A program made the position numbers and the translations under genes. The notes beneath the pieces were generated by a model. The model did not search any database and was not told the DNA's origin. It worked only from the letters and a program-made list of their open reading frames with translations. Positions 20,511 to 29,239 of a stretch of DNA of 64,000 nt are shown here, piece by piece (position 1 is the stretch's first letter; every line of letters begins with the position of its first letter). This stretch comes from a virus: the UHGV virus genome UHGV-1421865; one strand, given 5' to 3'.

Positions 20511-22901
20511 ATGTTATCGTTCCCCAATGGTCTAAATGTAGGCGGTGTCAATATGCACCCAGAAGGCAAGTCGCAAGCGACGAAAGTAAAAACACAGAAC
20601 GTAAAGGTTCCTATGCAGTCGGCGTTGGAGCGTCTTCGCGCTGTGAATATCAATATGAATCCTTATATTAAAACCAGTCTTTATGACAGTCAATACGTCG
20701 ATATTACATCAAATACAGAATATACACCACAATCAATACTTCAAAGCGGTAGTAATAGACCCGGTGACCCATTTATAGAGAACCCGTTTACAGAGCCTCA
20801 ACGCTTCATTGCCGGAATGAACAGATACCGTTTTGTATATAATGCTAAATTGAAACAACTCGTCGACGCTGGTTTATTAAAAGATTCCAAAACGCCACAG
20901 GCGCGGTATGTAGAAAGCGGGCCGAATACGATAGTAACATCTATATTTAATCCTCTTTATTGTGTACAGGTTCGCGGTATCGCACCGAATGTGCCCCTAC
21001 TCGACACACATAAGTCCGACGGTGTATCGGTCGCCGATAATATATCAAATTGTACTATCCGAGAACTTGTCGGTCTATCGCAGAAGAGATCGTCGGTACT
21101 GGGACAGGCACGTTATAAGTTCGCGGATTTCATGTACTGTTACGATTTAGGTAAATTTGCCAATAACCATCTTATAACACTGAGGAAGTTCGCTCACCCT
21201 GTCGGCGATAATATCTTTAAGTACACATCGGGTAAGCACAGAAAAAATACCAGAATGGATAACGGACAAGATGTCGCTCGTCTTGTTACCTGGTTCGGAA
21301 CAGAAGATAACAAACTAGAAAATATCTTAAGATACAGTTATAAAGCAACATGGAAACCCTTGAATTCAGAAATCCAAGAGATCGATACCGACTCAGAGAG
21401 CCAGGACAGAGGCATTGTCGGTTATATCGGTAACTCTATCAATGCGGCACACAATACCTACCAAGGCGGTGATTACGTGTCTGGTAAGAGCGTCTGGACT
21501 GATTTAGGTAGCTGGGTGATGAAAGCTACACCGTTGAGTAAGTTACTTAATACAGAGCCACACGGTACAGCAAACGACGCAGTACTTAGAAATTACGACA
21601 GTAATAAAGTATACACACCGAAAGATACGGTACAGAGTACGCATATCTACGAAGGTAAATTAGAAATGTCACAAGACATCACGTTGGTTTTTCGTTATAA
21701 GCTACGGTCGTACGACAATATCAATCCGAAATCGGCATTTTTGGACCTTATCGGTAATATATTAGAATTAACCTACCGACGAGGACATTTCTGGGGTGGT
21801 TCTAGAAAAATGATAGGTCCGCCTCAAAATATGGCGGTATACAAGAAGGTGAACGCTTTTATCGATAACAGCTTTGATAAATTAGGTGGTTTCGCCGCCG
21901 CTTTGGGTAACGGTACATTAGACTTGGGAAGTGTTGTCGCGTCAATCAGCTCCGCCATAACATCGGGTGCCGGTAAGGTTGTTGATGCCGCATCGAAGGC
22001 TGCGTCGGGTATCGCGTCCGGAAAAGTGAATATCGTACAGTCTATCTTCAGTGGTCTAAATAATATAAATAACAAATTCGGTGTATCGCATGCCTTAAAG
22101 GGACAGTTAAAGGCTGCATTGGGACGCCCTGCACTGTACGCGATGAATTCCTTACTGAGCGGTGATAACGTCGGTCTATGGCACCTTACTATCGGTAATC
22201 CTAAGAATCCTATCGCCGCTATCGGTAACCTTATATTAGAAGACTCTACCATAGAACATACCGGGCCGTTGGGTATCGATGATTTCCCTACTGAGATTAA
22301 AGTAACGGTGAAATTAAAGAACGCAAAACCTCGCGACCTTACAGAAATCAGTCGCATGTACACCCACGGTGTTAATTCTATTTATATGTCGAACGCTCGT
22401 AATAAACTCGGTGACTTTTATAGTTATAGTGGTTTCGACGAAGATAAATTAGACCAAGCACAAGCCAATGCACATGCCGCGGCGGTGCGGGCAGAAAGAA
22501 GTCGTGCTAAAGATGCAGCGTCCGTCGCAAAGAGTGCAACCGATGCACAAAAGAATGCCGACAGTGTAAATGCGGCATCGGGAACACCTCAAAAAACAAA
22601 GGATGTAAAACGACAGAATCAGCAACAATCACCGGTACAAACCCCCGACGACGGTCAACAAACACCGGTACAGGACAGTAAAGAAACAAAATCAGCCGAT
22701 AGTGCAGCAGAAACCGCCGATGTCGCCGTAGCAAAAGAATTAGATGCAGCATACGAAAAGGCCGATGATTTAGCTGTGAACGACGTAGATACATTTGATG
22801 ACATTGACCCTGAAATAACTAGTAAGAATAATGAGTTACACCATCAAGGGGGTTACGAACGTGCGATAGAACTTCGACAAAATATCGATGAGATCGCTTG
22901 A
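20511..22901 (+). CDS. Large hypothetical protein (~797 aa), likely a virion protein; Lys/Ala/Gln-rich C-terminus
   Basis: The track ORF starts at TTG 20478, so the ATG at 20511 (MLSFPNGLNVGG) is used instead. Gly/Ser/Ala-rich internal segment and a low-complexity charged C-terminal tail. Confidence 0.5.
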   Translation: MLSFPNGLNVGGVNMHPEGKSQATKVKTQNVKVPMQSALERLRAVNINMNPYIKTSLYDSQYVDITSNTEYTPQSILQSGSNRPGDPFIENPFTEPQRFIAGMNRYRFVYNAKLKQLVDAGLLKDSKTPQARYVESGPNTIVTSIFNPLYCVQVRGIAPNVPLLDTHKSDGVSVADNISNCTIRELVGLSQKRSSVLGQARYKFADFMYCYDLGKFANNHLITLRKFAHPVGDNIFKYTSGKHRKNTRMDNGQDVARLVTWFGTEDNKLENILRYSYKATWKPLNSEIQEIDTDSESQDRGIVGYIGNSINAAHNTYQGGDYVSGKSVWTDLGSWVMKATPLSKLLNTEPHGTANDAVLRNYDSNKVYTPKDTVQSTHIYEGKLEMSQDITLVFRYKLRSYDNINPKSAFLDLIGNILELTYRRGHFWGGSRKMIGPPQNMAVYKKVNAFIDNSFDKLGGFAAALGNGTLDLGSVVASISSAITSGAGKVVDAASKAASGIASGKVNIVQSIFSGLNNINNKFGVSHALKGQLKAALGRPALYAMNSLLSGDNVGLWHLTIGNPKNPIAAIGNLILEDSTIEHTGPLGIDDFPTEIKVTVKLKNAKPRDLTEISRMYTHGVNSIYMSNARNKLGDFYSYSGFDEDKLDQAQANAHAAAVRAERSRAKDAASVAKSATDAQKNADSVNAASGTPQKTKDVKRQNQQQSPVQTPDDGQQTPVQDSKETKSADSAAETADVAVAKELDAAYEKADDLAVNDVDTFDDIDPEITSKNNELHHQGGYERAIELRQNIDEIA

Positions 22902-22915
22902 TTTAGAAGAAGTCA

Positions 22916-23055
22916 GAAAATCTGCCCTCTAACGCACGATTTTTCTTTGACCTTGGTACTACTAAGGTCGCTACATTTGAGTGCGCCAGAGAGCCTAAAA
23001 AGTGCCTTTACGTGGACGTCAGATATTTACACATCAGTATGCAAAACAGAAACGT
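22916..23055 (+). repeat. Conserved structured intergenic element, copy C
   Basis: aaaatctgccctctaacgcacgatttttctttgaccttggtactactaaggtcgctacatttgagtgcgccagagagcctaaaaagtgcctttacgtggacg...acagaaac. Followed by a terminator. Confidence 0.6.
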
Positions 23056-23082
23056 CAAAATAACCAACCCAACATAACAAAA

Positions 23083-23130
23083 ATGCCTGTCGAAGGAACT
23101 TGTTGATTCCTTTAGACAGGCATTTTTATA
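23083..23130. terminator. Rho-independent-type hairpin
   Basis: aaaaatgcctgtcgaaggaacttgttgattcctttagacaggcatttttatatttt. Confidence 0.55.
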
Positions 23131-23160
23131 TTTTGTTGTTTGTCACAGATATAAAGCTAT

Positions 23161-23300
23161 AAAAACTTGCCCTCTAACGCACGATTTTTCTTTGACCTTG
23201 GTGTTGGTAAGGTCAACTAATTTGAGTGCGTCAGAGGGGCTAAAAAGTGCCTTTACGGACGTGTGATGATTCTGTACGTCGGTGTACAAAACAGAAACCA
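23161..23300 (+). repeat. Conserved structured intergenic element, copy D (tandem with copy C)
   Basis: aaaaacttgccctctaacgcacgatttttctttgaccttggtgttggtaaggtcaactaatttgagtgcgtcagaggggctaaaaagtgcctttacggacgtg...acagaaacc. Followed by a hairpin at about 23323-23372. Confidence 0.6.
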
Positions 23301-23522
23301 CCCAATCAGCCCCAATATATAACAAAAATGTCTGCCGAGGAACGAACAAGAAACCCTCGACAGACAAATAATAGCAATTCTTAAGTCAGGATAAGTAATA
23401 ACTTTCCTAACACCCATGATGTTGTTATTAGTCATCTAGATATACGTTGATCTATATCAGTTTTACGTGATAATGGTACGATTCTATTGCCTCTGCAGCG
23501 ACAATAGACATTCTCATTTTAG

Positions 23523-23595
23523 TACGGCCACTGGGATTCAAACCCAGGTAGTCCCTTTAGAAGAGGGATATTCTATTCAATTGAATTATAGCCGC
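23523..23595 (-). tRNA. tRNA-Arg (anticodon UCU), reduced D-arm
   Basis: Manual fold of the reverse complement: acceptor GCGGCTA/TGGCCGT (two G-U pairs), anticodon arm TCCCT-CTTCTAA-AGGGA, T-arm CTGGG-TTTGAAT-CCCAG. Confidence 0.45.
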
Positions 23596-23600
23596 ATGTA

Positions 23601-23703
23601 AGTGTGGTATCTACAAGAATTGAACTTGTGACACACGGATTTTCAGTCCCACGCTCTGGTCAACTGCGTTGACTTACTTTGTCACCAACTGAGCTACATC
23701 ACC
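23601..23703 (-). tRNA. Atypical or degenerate tRNA-like element (5' half GGTGATGTAGCTCAGTTGGT; Phe-like CTGAAAA loop), with a 26-nt hairpin inserted in the D-loop
   Basis: The 5' acceptor/D-arm and the T-arm (ACAAG-TTCAATT-CTTGT) are canonical. The acceptor 3' strand does not pair and the anticodon stem has only 3 bp, so this is a possible pseudo-tRNA. Confidence 0.25.
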
Positions 23704-23705
23704 GA

Positions 23706-23779
23706 TGGTTGCCTTGCAAGGATTCGAACCTCGACTATTTGAACCAAAATCAAATGTGCTAAACCATTACACCACAAGG
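23706..23779 (-). tRNA. tRNA-Gln (anticodon UUG), CCA encoded
   Basis: Acceptor TGCCTTG/CAAGGCA perfect; D GTGT..GCAC; anticodon TTTGA-TTTTGGT-TCAAA; T-arm CGAGG-TTCGAAT-CCTTG; 3' ACCA. Confidence 0.7.
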
Positions 23780-23811
23780 CAAGACAATTATTGTGTACTA
23801 TACACAATCAG

Positions 23812-23885
23812 TCACGCCGGTGGGACTCGAACTCACAACTCCTTGCTCCCAAAGCAAGTACCTTAACCGATTAGGCTACAGCGTG
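23812..23885 (-). tRNA. tRNA-Pro (anticodon UGG)
   Basis: Acceptor CACGCTG/CGGCGTG; anticodon CTTGC-TTTGGGA-GCAAG; T-loop TTCGAGT. Confidence 0.65.
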
Positions 23886-24022
23886 GGATCTTATAGTGTT
23901 CATGACCACATATAAGATCTGTACGATGAAAGGCTACACATCGCCATGTAAGATTTGTATTTTATACAAATCACCGACCGTTAGGCTATATTTTTATAAA
24001 AAATAGCTGTCGGGCACTGTCG

Positions 24023-24109
24023 CGGAAGGTGCAAGATTCGAACTTGCGGTACAGTTACCTGTACATCTCCTTAGCAGGGAGACGGTTTAAGCCACTCACC
24101 CAACCTTCC
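24023..24109 (-). tRNA. tRNA-Ser (anticodon GCU), type II with a long variable arm
   Basis: Acceptor GGAAGGT/ACCTTCC; anticodon TCTCC-CTGCTAA-GGAGA; variable-arm hairpin TGTACAGGTAACTGTACC; T-arm GCAAG-TTCGAAT-CTTGC. Confidence 0.65.
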
Positions 24110-24118
24110 TAAAAATAG

Positions 24119-24195
24119 TCCCAGGCCAGGATTCGAACCTGAATTTCGTCTCCAATGAGACGTGTATTAGCCTTTATACTAACTGAGTAATATAG
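24119..24195 (-). tRNA. tRNA-like element (T-arm CAGG-TTCGAAT-CCTG present; anticodon arm not resolvable)
   Basis: Canonical T-arm and tRNA-cluster context, but an internal hairpin CGTCTC-ATTG-GAGACG (4-nt loop) sits where the anticodon arm should be. Not fully foldable by hand. Confidence 0.3.
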
Positions 24196-24197
24196 TT

Positions 24198-24272
24198 GCG
24201 GGAGGGGGACTCGAACCCAACCGATCTTCAGCTTATGAGGCTGACGAGATGCCATCTTCTCTATCCCGCGAT
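24198..24272 (-). tRNA. tRNA-Met/Ile2 (anticodon CAU)
   Basis: Anticodon arm TCAGC-CTCATAA-GCTGA; T-arm TTGGG-TTCGAGT-CCCCC; acceptor GCGGGAT/CTCCCGC. Confidence 0.6.
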
Positions 24273-24280
24273 ATTTTGAT

Positions 24281-24580
24281 TTAGTTTTCCATTTTTGGTT
24301 TATAAGATACTGTCTTAATTTCTTCACCTTCAAAAGCATAGCAATTAACATCACAATCAGAAGCCAGCATGTATTCACTGTATACATTAGATAAACCTTC
24401 AATACCCAAAATACCGTCTTCTAATTGAAAGTAAGAAGTGCTGGTTTCGTACCATCTATGACGGTTTATATCAATGTTACTTGCTAATTGTGTTTCGTAG
24501 TCAATTACACTTTCTGCATCGTCTATATAATAGAGTTCTTCAGAATTATTTATTCGTTCTATTGCTTCTTTTAGTTTCAT
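24281..24580 (-). CDS. Small hypothetical protein (99 aa); paralog of 39260..39618
   Basis: Shares an EDGILGIEGL / KDGILGLRG block and an AFEG motif with the ORF at 39260..39618. Confidence 0.4.
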   Translation of the reverse strand: MKLKEAIERINNSEELYYIDDAESVIDYETQLASNIDINRHRWYETSTSYFQLEDGILGIEGLSNVYSEYMLASDCDVNCYAFEGEEIKTVSYKPKMEN

Positions 24581-24593
24581 AATTAAATTGAAT

Positions 24594-24770
24594 TAAAAAC
24601 AAATGTCGTCATGCCAATTGCTTAACATATCACTACGGAATTCTTTCGCATCATCTAAATACTCAGACAAAAACGAAGACACTTCCTTAAAGTTGCTTAT
24701 GTCACCATTAAAGGGTACGTTAAGTACATCTTGACAAAATCTAACGGCAGCTTTTTGTCTTTCTGTTGTC
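24594..24770 (-). CDS. Small hypothetical protein (58 aa), below the track cutoff
   Basis: Manual translation gives MTTERQKAAVRFCQDVLNVPFNGDISNFKEVSSFLSEYLDDAKEFRSDMLSNWHDDICF, then a stop. It lies immediately upstream of 24281..24580 on the same strand. Confidence 0.3.
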
Positions 24771-24773
24771 ATA

Positions 24774-24848
24774 AGTTCGCTCGCTGGAACTCGAATCCAG
24801 GACTCCTTGATTAAAAGTCAAGTGCTCTACCAACTGAGCTACGAGCGA
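24774..24848 (-). tRNA. tRNA-Lys (anticodon UUU)
   Basis: TCGCTCG-TA-GCTCAGTTGGTAGAGC-A-CTTGA-CTTTTAA-TCAAG-GAGTC-CTGGA-TTCGAGT-TCCAG-CGAGCGA-A; acceptor perfectly paired. Confidence 0.75.
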
Positions 24849-24869
24849 TTCTATAAACTATACAAGTTG

Positions 24870-24943
24870 CGGACAATGCAGGATTCGAACCTGCGACCTA
24901 CTGATTAACAGTCAGCCGCTCTAACCATCTGAGCTAAATGTCC
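24870..24943 (-). tRNA. tRNA-Asn (anticodon GUU)
   Basis: GGACATT-TA-GCTCAGATGGTTAGAGC-G-GCTGA-CTGTTAA-TCAGT-AGGTC-GCAGG-TTCGAAT-CCTGC-ATTGTCC-G. Confidence 0.7.
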
Positions 24944-24957
24944 ATACTCTATTATAG

Positions 24958-25029
24958 AGCTTCCTGTCAGAGTCGAACTGACAACCTCTTCATTACAAGT
25001 GAAGCGCACTGCCATTGTGCTAAGGAAGC
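24958..25029 (-). tRNA. tRNA-Thr (anticodon UGU); no encoded CCA
   Basis: Acceptor GCTTCCT/AGGAAGC perfect; anticodon CTTCA-CTTGTAA-TGAAG; T-arm TGTCA-GTTCGAC-TCTGACA. The 5' end abuts the tandem 40-bp repeats. Confidence 0.7.
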
Positions 25030-25150
25030 GAATGCTTCCAGTATATCACGTTAGTGACATTAAGGAAGCGAATGCTTCCAGTATATCACGTTAGTGACAT
25101 TAAGGAAGCGAATGCTTCCAGTATATCACGTTAGTGACATTAAGGAAGCA
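25021..25150 (-). repeat. Three perfect tandem 40-bp repeats (plus a partial fourth) directly upstream of tRNA-Thr; each unit holds a GGAAGC-ATTC-GCTTCC hairpin and a TATACT -10-like hexamer
   Basis: taaggaagcgaatgcttccagtatatcacgttagtgacat x3, then taaggaagca. The first 10 nt of each unit equal the tRNA-Thr 5' end. The minus-strand reading of a unit is GCTTCCTTAATGTCACTAACGTGATATACTGGAAGCATTC. Confidence 0.8.
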
Positions 25151-25215
25151 GGTGTAGTCTAAATTAGACTTTGATTGTGGTGTAAAATCACGCTAATTAA
25201 ACTACATTCATTGAG

Positions 25216-25290
25216 GGTGTCCTATGGGATTCGAACCCATGACCTTCAGAACCACAATCTGACGTTCTAACCGTCTGAACTAAGGACAAC
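25216..25290 (-). tRNA. tRNA-His (anticodon GUG) with an extra 5' G(-1)
   Basis: G-TTGTCCT-TA-GTTC-AGACGGTTA-GAAC-G-TCAGA-TTGTGGT-TCTGA-AGGTC-ATGGG-TTCGAAT-CCCAT-AGGACAC-C. Confidence 0.7.
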
Positions 25291-25388
25291 ATGATGGTGG
25301 AAAAACGACTGCGCCCCACCTACGCAAGGTCTTCAAAGACCACCGACCGTGTTTTATAGTTAACTATAAAAGTAATCAGGTACTGTCG

Positions 25389-25487
25389 TGGACCAGGTAG
25401 GACTTGAACCTACGACTCTGGAAAACAAACTAGAGAAAGGAGGTTAAACTAGTGTGAATTCGGCTCTGGCCATCTGAGCTACTGGTC
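25389..25487 (-). tRNA. tRNA with a ~26-nt insertion between the D-arm and T-arm (intron-like or disrupted); identity unassigned
   Basis: Perfect acceptor GGACCAG/CTGGTCC, D-arm GCTC-AGATGGCCA-GAGC and T-arm GTAGG-TTCAAGT-CCTAC. However, 49 nt (expected ~23) lie between them, containing the hairpin ACTAG-(TTTAACCTCCTTTCT)-CTAGT. The 3' half resembles tRNA-Met 28636..28709. Confidence 0.4.
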
Positions 25488-25564
25488 CGGTTGACGGTCA
25501 AACGCTCCACACCGTCGGGTGGATGTCTGTACTAAACAGACAACAAACAGTATGCTTGAATCAG

Positions 25565-25640
25565 AGGCCGTTGTGCTTATTGACAGTGTTATAGGATTCG
25601 AAACTACATCTCTTGATTCAAAACATCAAGGCTCTACCAA
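25565..25640 (-). tRNA. tRNA-like gene (anticodon loop GTTTTGA, possibly UUU; acceptor pairing imperfect)
   Basis: D-arm GCTC-AAAGATTGGTA-GAGC; anticodon arm TTGAT-GTTTTGA-ATCAA; T-loop TTTCGAAT. The acceptor could not be paired cleanly by hand. Confidence 0.35.
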
Positions 25641-25923
25641 TCTTTGAGCTAGACACCGCGCATGTAGTTTTTCTATGCCCACATAAACTACAAAAATGTT
25701 CTGTTTGCTATGTATTCTTTGAACACGTAGTGTTCATACGTTGAACAGCTGTCTGTTTGAGGTTAATTCTGTGCACAGAAACATAGCCTTAACATGGGTC
25801 TTTACAATATGATTTGCAACGCAATACGATTCGTACTAAGCACGACACCAGTATTGTTCTATTTATAATAATAGCGAACTTTGTGAGGTAAATCAGCGTA
25901 ATTTACAAGAAAAATCAGTAAAG

Positions 25924-26271
25924 TCAATCATTAAATTCATAATTTAGTACCTTACGGACTTTTTTATAAGTGCTAATTACTATCTGGTCGTTATAGACCC
26001 AATAGGTTTCCTCTTCATTGTGAGGGGGGATTCCACTGTTTATTTTCTTTAGATAAAAGAGAATGAATATCAGCAGCGTAACGAAACAAAGGTAGTGTAC
26101 GTTACCGATAAGCAACAACAGTATATGCCACAGTTTAACTCGGAAATTCCTATTAGGGTACCTGTGTACATTAAAACCTCGGTGGTCTACATCGAAATCG
26201 TAGTACTGTGTATTGAACAACACACGTAGTTCTATTAGAAACAGAACAATACCTGGTACATACCACATCAT
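25924..26271 (-). CDS. Small membrane protein (115 aa)
   Basis: Hydrophobic helices IVLFLIELRVLF and LWHILLLLIGNVHYLCFVTLLIFILFYL. Confidence 0.45.
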   Translation of the reverse strand: MMWYVPGIVLFLIELRVLFNTQYYDFDVDHRGFNVHRYPNRNFRVKLWHILLLLIGNVHYLCFVTLLIFILFYLKKINSGIPPHNEEETYWVYNDQIVISTYKKVRKVLNYEFND

Positions 26272-26302
26272 ATTTTAAGAACTTAATTAAACTTCAACGT
26301 AT

Positions 26303-26500
26303 TTAGTCATAGCCTTTATAGACTCTTTTGAACTTGTGAACGTCACAGTCTTCAAAGACGACTCTGTTTCTGTGTCTGATGTACCGATTCAATTGATTCT
26401 TCAACCATTTTCTTTCACCGGCCTTGATGTACTTTCTTTTCTTGTGGTCTTTATTGTAAGGCAATAAAGTTGAACACAGTTGTAGTCTACGTAATGCCAT
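26303..26500 (-). CDS. Small highly basic protein (65 aa)
   Basis: K/R-rich (KDHKKRKYIKAGERKWLKNQLNRYIRHRNR). Possible nucleic-acid binder. Confidence 0.35.
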   Translation of the reverse strand: MALRRLQLCSTLLPYNKDHKKRKYIKAGERKWLKNQLNRYIRHRNRVVFEDCDVHKFKRVYKGYD

Positions 26501-26505
26501 ATCTA

Positions 26506-26862
26506 CTAATATAATCCAGCATGTCGCTTAATAGGTTCATAATACAACTCGTCTACTCGTTCGTTGCTGTACTTATCGTTTATTGCGACAACCAGCTTAC
26601 CATCTTTTTCTGAAACAACATACTCAGCAATGGTCCGACCGAACACATAAAGTACGATGTGTAGGTTTTTATAGTTCGAATGATCGAACATCACTTCAAT
26701 TTCATCGAGCAGGGCACATTCATTATGATACAGATACGGCAATGTTTCTACGAAATCGATGATGCTATCGGTATTGGTGAATTTTGAATATGCGCAAAAC
26801 ATAACAAACTCGTCTCTGTCACTATCGACAGGATAACCTGACTTCATTTCTGTGTACAACAT
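26506..26862 (-). CDS. Hypothetical protein, 118 aa
   Basis: ORF with no HuH/Y1 transposase motifs. Checked because of the adjacent TnpB. Confidence 0.45.
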   Translation of the reverse strand: MLYTEMKSGYPVDSDRDEFVMFCAYSKFTNTDSIIDFVETLPYLYHNECALLDEIEVMFDHSNYKNLHIVLYVFGRTIAEYVVSEKDGKLVVAINDKYSNERVDELYYEPIKRHAGLY

Positions 26863-26994
26863 ACTGTGTAATTTTTACTGGTCTTGTTTCTAACTTGATT
26901 TGTTATATATTATATAGTCTACTTTATGAATAAAATCAACTTATGTAGTACCAGAAGCGGGACTCATCGTACATGAAAATCTAAATCATTACAT

Positions 26995-27095
26995 TTAGTT
27001 TTCACTTCTTGCTTCAATCTATCACTACTAATTGTAATCAATATCACAATCCCATAGGAGGATAGTCCACAAGCGTAAATTCGGTACTACGAATA
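26995..27095 (-). repeat. IS200/IS605-family right-end-like sequence downstream of TnpB; second copy at 38395..38470
   Basis: tagttttcacttcttgcttcaatctatcactactaat...agtccacaagcgtaaattcggtactacgaatacct, with the sub-terminal hairpin TTCG-GTACTA-CGAA. The 38395 copy lacks a 31-nt internal segment. Confidence 0.4.
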
Positions 27096-27111
27096 CCTAC
27101 TAGTTTTGTTC

Positions 27112-28251
27112 TTATACTGCACTTATCCTACGACCCTCGTAGAGGATATTTAGTGCTGCATTGTAATCTCTATCATGGTTTGTGCCACATTTAGGACAAC
27201 ACCAATAACGGTCTTGTAACTTCAAGTCATTGTGTACATAACCACATTGTGAACAAGTCTTTGAGCTGGGATAAAATCGATCAATAAGTACAACCTTCTT
27301 GTCGTTTTGTAAAGCCTTAGTTGATAGCACAGTCTTGAACTTAAAAAATCCAACTTCTTGGATTGCCTTGGCAAGTTTATGATTTTTCATCATCCCTTAT
27401 ACATTCAAGTCTTCCATGTAGACAGTATCATACTGTGACAATAACTCATTTACTACAGAATGTATATAGTTTTCCTTCTTATTCGTAATAGTCTCAAACA
27501 CTTTCGCTATCCTCTTACACTGTTTATAGAAGTTGTTTGAACCTTTACGTTTCCTCGACAACTGTCGTTGTAGCTTTACAAGTCGCTTTTCTTCTTTATT
27601 ATAGAAATGTTTGTTGTCAAATGTAGTGTCATCTGATGTTATAACAAAATCCTTAACACCTAGATCGATACCGACATCACGACCTGTTTTATTGAACTTA
27701 GTAAGTTCGTTATCATTCATATCAATAAGAATAGATAAGAAGAAATTCCCACTCTTGGTTTTCGATAAGGTTGCACTTCTTATATTGTTCTTATATCTAC
27801 GCAATCTTGCCAAGTACAAATCAGAACATCTAAATGATATGTCTTTTAATTTGGTTGTAAGTGTTATCTTACGTGTCACAAATGTATTTTTCTTGGATAT
27901 TGTACCTTTCGGGAACAACGCAGATTGGTTATTCTTCTTCGACTTGAACTTTGGAAACCCATTATGTTGTTTGAAGAATTTTTGGTAGCCACTATCCATT
28001 TGTCTAATAGCTTGATTCATTATCTTTGTATTCTGTTCCTTCAACCAAGCATATTGTTCATCTTTCAATAACTCATGATGAAAATGTTTGGATAGTTGAG
28101 TTGTTCCAAGATTTGTTTTATCTGTGTTATACGCTTCTTGTTTACGAGCAAGCATGTAGTTATAAACAAAACGATAACACCCAAGCACACTATTTAGTAC
28201 CTGTTCTTGTGTTTTATTTGGATATAACCTTATTTTGATTGCTCGTAACAT
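27112..28251 (-). pseudogene. tnpB: IS200/IS605-family TnpB (OrfB) interrupted by a single in-frame TAA at 27397-27399; no tnpA present
   Basis: N-terminal RLYPNKTQEQ...RFVYN; RuvC-I DVGIDLGVKDFVITSDD; zinc finger CSQCG...CPKCG; RuvC-III DRDYNAALNI. The minus-strand reading ...GAC TTG AAT GTA TAA GGG ATG ATG AAA... shows the two track ORFs 27397..28251 and 27112..27393 are the same frame separated by one stop codon. Confidence 0.85.
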
Positions 28252-28293
28252 TGATTTCCTTATTTAACTACTTGATTGTTTACTGTTACTATT

Positions 28294-28382
28294 TGGTGCC
28301 CGAAGTGGGGGTCGAACCCACACGAACATTACTGTTCAAGAGATCCTAAATCTCTCATGTATACCAATTTCATCATTCGGGC
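28294..28382 (-). tRNA. tRNA-Leu (anticodon UAG), type II, CCA encoded
   Basis: GCCCGAA...anticodon arm AGAGA-TTTAGGA-TCTCT, variable arm GAACAGTAATGTTC, T-arm GTGGG-TTCGACC-CCCAC, TTCGGGC-ACCA. Its 3' trailer is duplicated at 29197..29240. Confidence 0.7.
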
Positions 28383-28635
28383 AACTAAGTATGGTTATAA
28401 CGTTACCAACGCAGCTCACTAAGACTAATTCGCGACTTAGCAAATAATGATTACTCCGAGATTTGGAATGTATAATTACTCTATCTTCTACGGCTGTATG
28501 ATAGAAACCTAATTAGTTTAGGATACTCTGGGTCCCAATGTGCCCAAATTTTGCATACTCTTATCGTACGTTATATATGTTAATAGTATGCGAAAAACAT
28601 ATACACGCCAGTTTCTAGTGACTTGGGTACTGTTG

Positions 28636-28709
28636 TGGACCAGGTAGGGATTGAACCTACGACCTTCGCCTTATGAGGGCGCCGCTCTGTACCACTGAGC
28701 TACAAGTCC
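28636..28709 (-). tRNA. tRNA-Met (anticodon CAU)
   Basis: GGACTTG-TA-GCTC-AGTGGTACA-GAGC-G-GCGCC-CTCATAA-GGCGA-AGGTC-GTAGG-TTCAATC-CCTAC-CTGGTCC-A (two acceptor mismatches). Confidence 0.6.
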
Positions 28710-28714
28710 TTATT

Positions 28715-28790
28715 CAAGACAGTATAGGATTCGAACCTATGACGTTGGTATAATCACCTTAAGCATTCGTCCACTCTGCCAAGCTGTCTT
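28715..28790 (-). tRNA. tRNA-like gene, identity unassigned
   Basis: Acceptor AAGACAG/CTGTCTT and T-arm ATAGG-TTCGAAT-CCTAT are clear. The D and anticodon arms were not resolvable by hand. Confidence 0.35.
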
Positions 28791-28809
28791 GTTATAAATG
28801 TGTATTAGT

Positions 28810-29193
28810 TTAGTAAGTAAAAGTAATACTATAGATATAATCGTCGTTATAGTTTTCAAGAATCTCTTGAAATACAGTTAAGACTTTCTTCACATCCTTA
28901 AAATAATTATTATTGTATTTTGACGGTACAAATAAGAAATGATCTGTTGTCGGTAACAATTCAGTACACATGCTGTGATCTTCTAATACAAGTGTACAAT
29001 CCTCAACTAAATACTCAATTTCTTCTTTTGTAATTGGTGTATTATGAATACAATTTTCTCCGTACGGATGTCCAGCGAAATACCTATAAAGAAAGTTAAT
29101 ATCAGTAAGAAGACTAATATCTTCATATTCAGAACCCATACCCGTACGGTGTTCTTCTTTAAGTCCTCTACCAATCTCAATTTTCAAACTCAT
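28810..29193 (-). CDS. Hypothetical protein (127 aa) embedded in the tRNA cluster
   Basis: ORF immediately downstream (minus strand) of the duplicated tRNA-Leu trailer. No recognisable motifs. Confidence 0.45.
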   Translation of the reverse strand: MSLKIEIGRGLKEEHRTGMGSEYEDISLLTDINFLYRYFAGHPYGENCIHNTPITKEEIEYLVEDCTLVLEDHSMCTELLPTTDHFLFVPSKYNNNYFKDVKKVLTVFQEILENYNDDYIYSITFTY

Positions 29194-29239
29194 AACCTAC
29201 TTGATTGTTTACTGTTACTATTTGGTACCCGAAGTGGGG

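Noticed and set aside
24109-24402. Track ORF overlapping three tRNA genes
   Set aside because: It lies on the same strand across tRNA-Ser, a tRNA-like element and tRNA-Met, and is implausible as coding. The real CDS is 24281..24580 downstream.
25021-25150. Tandem 40-bp repeats considered as a possible CRISPR array
   Set aside because: The units are identical and directly abutting, with no unique spacers, and no cas genes are present. They are fused to the 5' end of tRNA-Thr and look like duplicated promoter/5'-leader units.
25295-25385. Hairpin ggtcttcaaagacc plus accgaccgtgtttta considered as a tRNA
   Set aside because: No T-arm or acceptor pairing. It is more likely a terminator or processing hairpin. 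A related caccgaccgtt motif occurs at ~23965.
26506-26862. ORF adjacent to tnpB considered as an IS200-type TnpA (Y1 HuH transposase)
   Set aside because: No HuH (H-hydrophobic-H) or catalytic Tyr motif is present. The sequence does not resemble TnpA.
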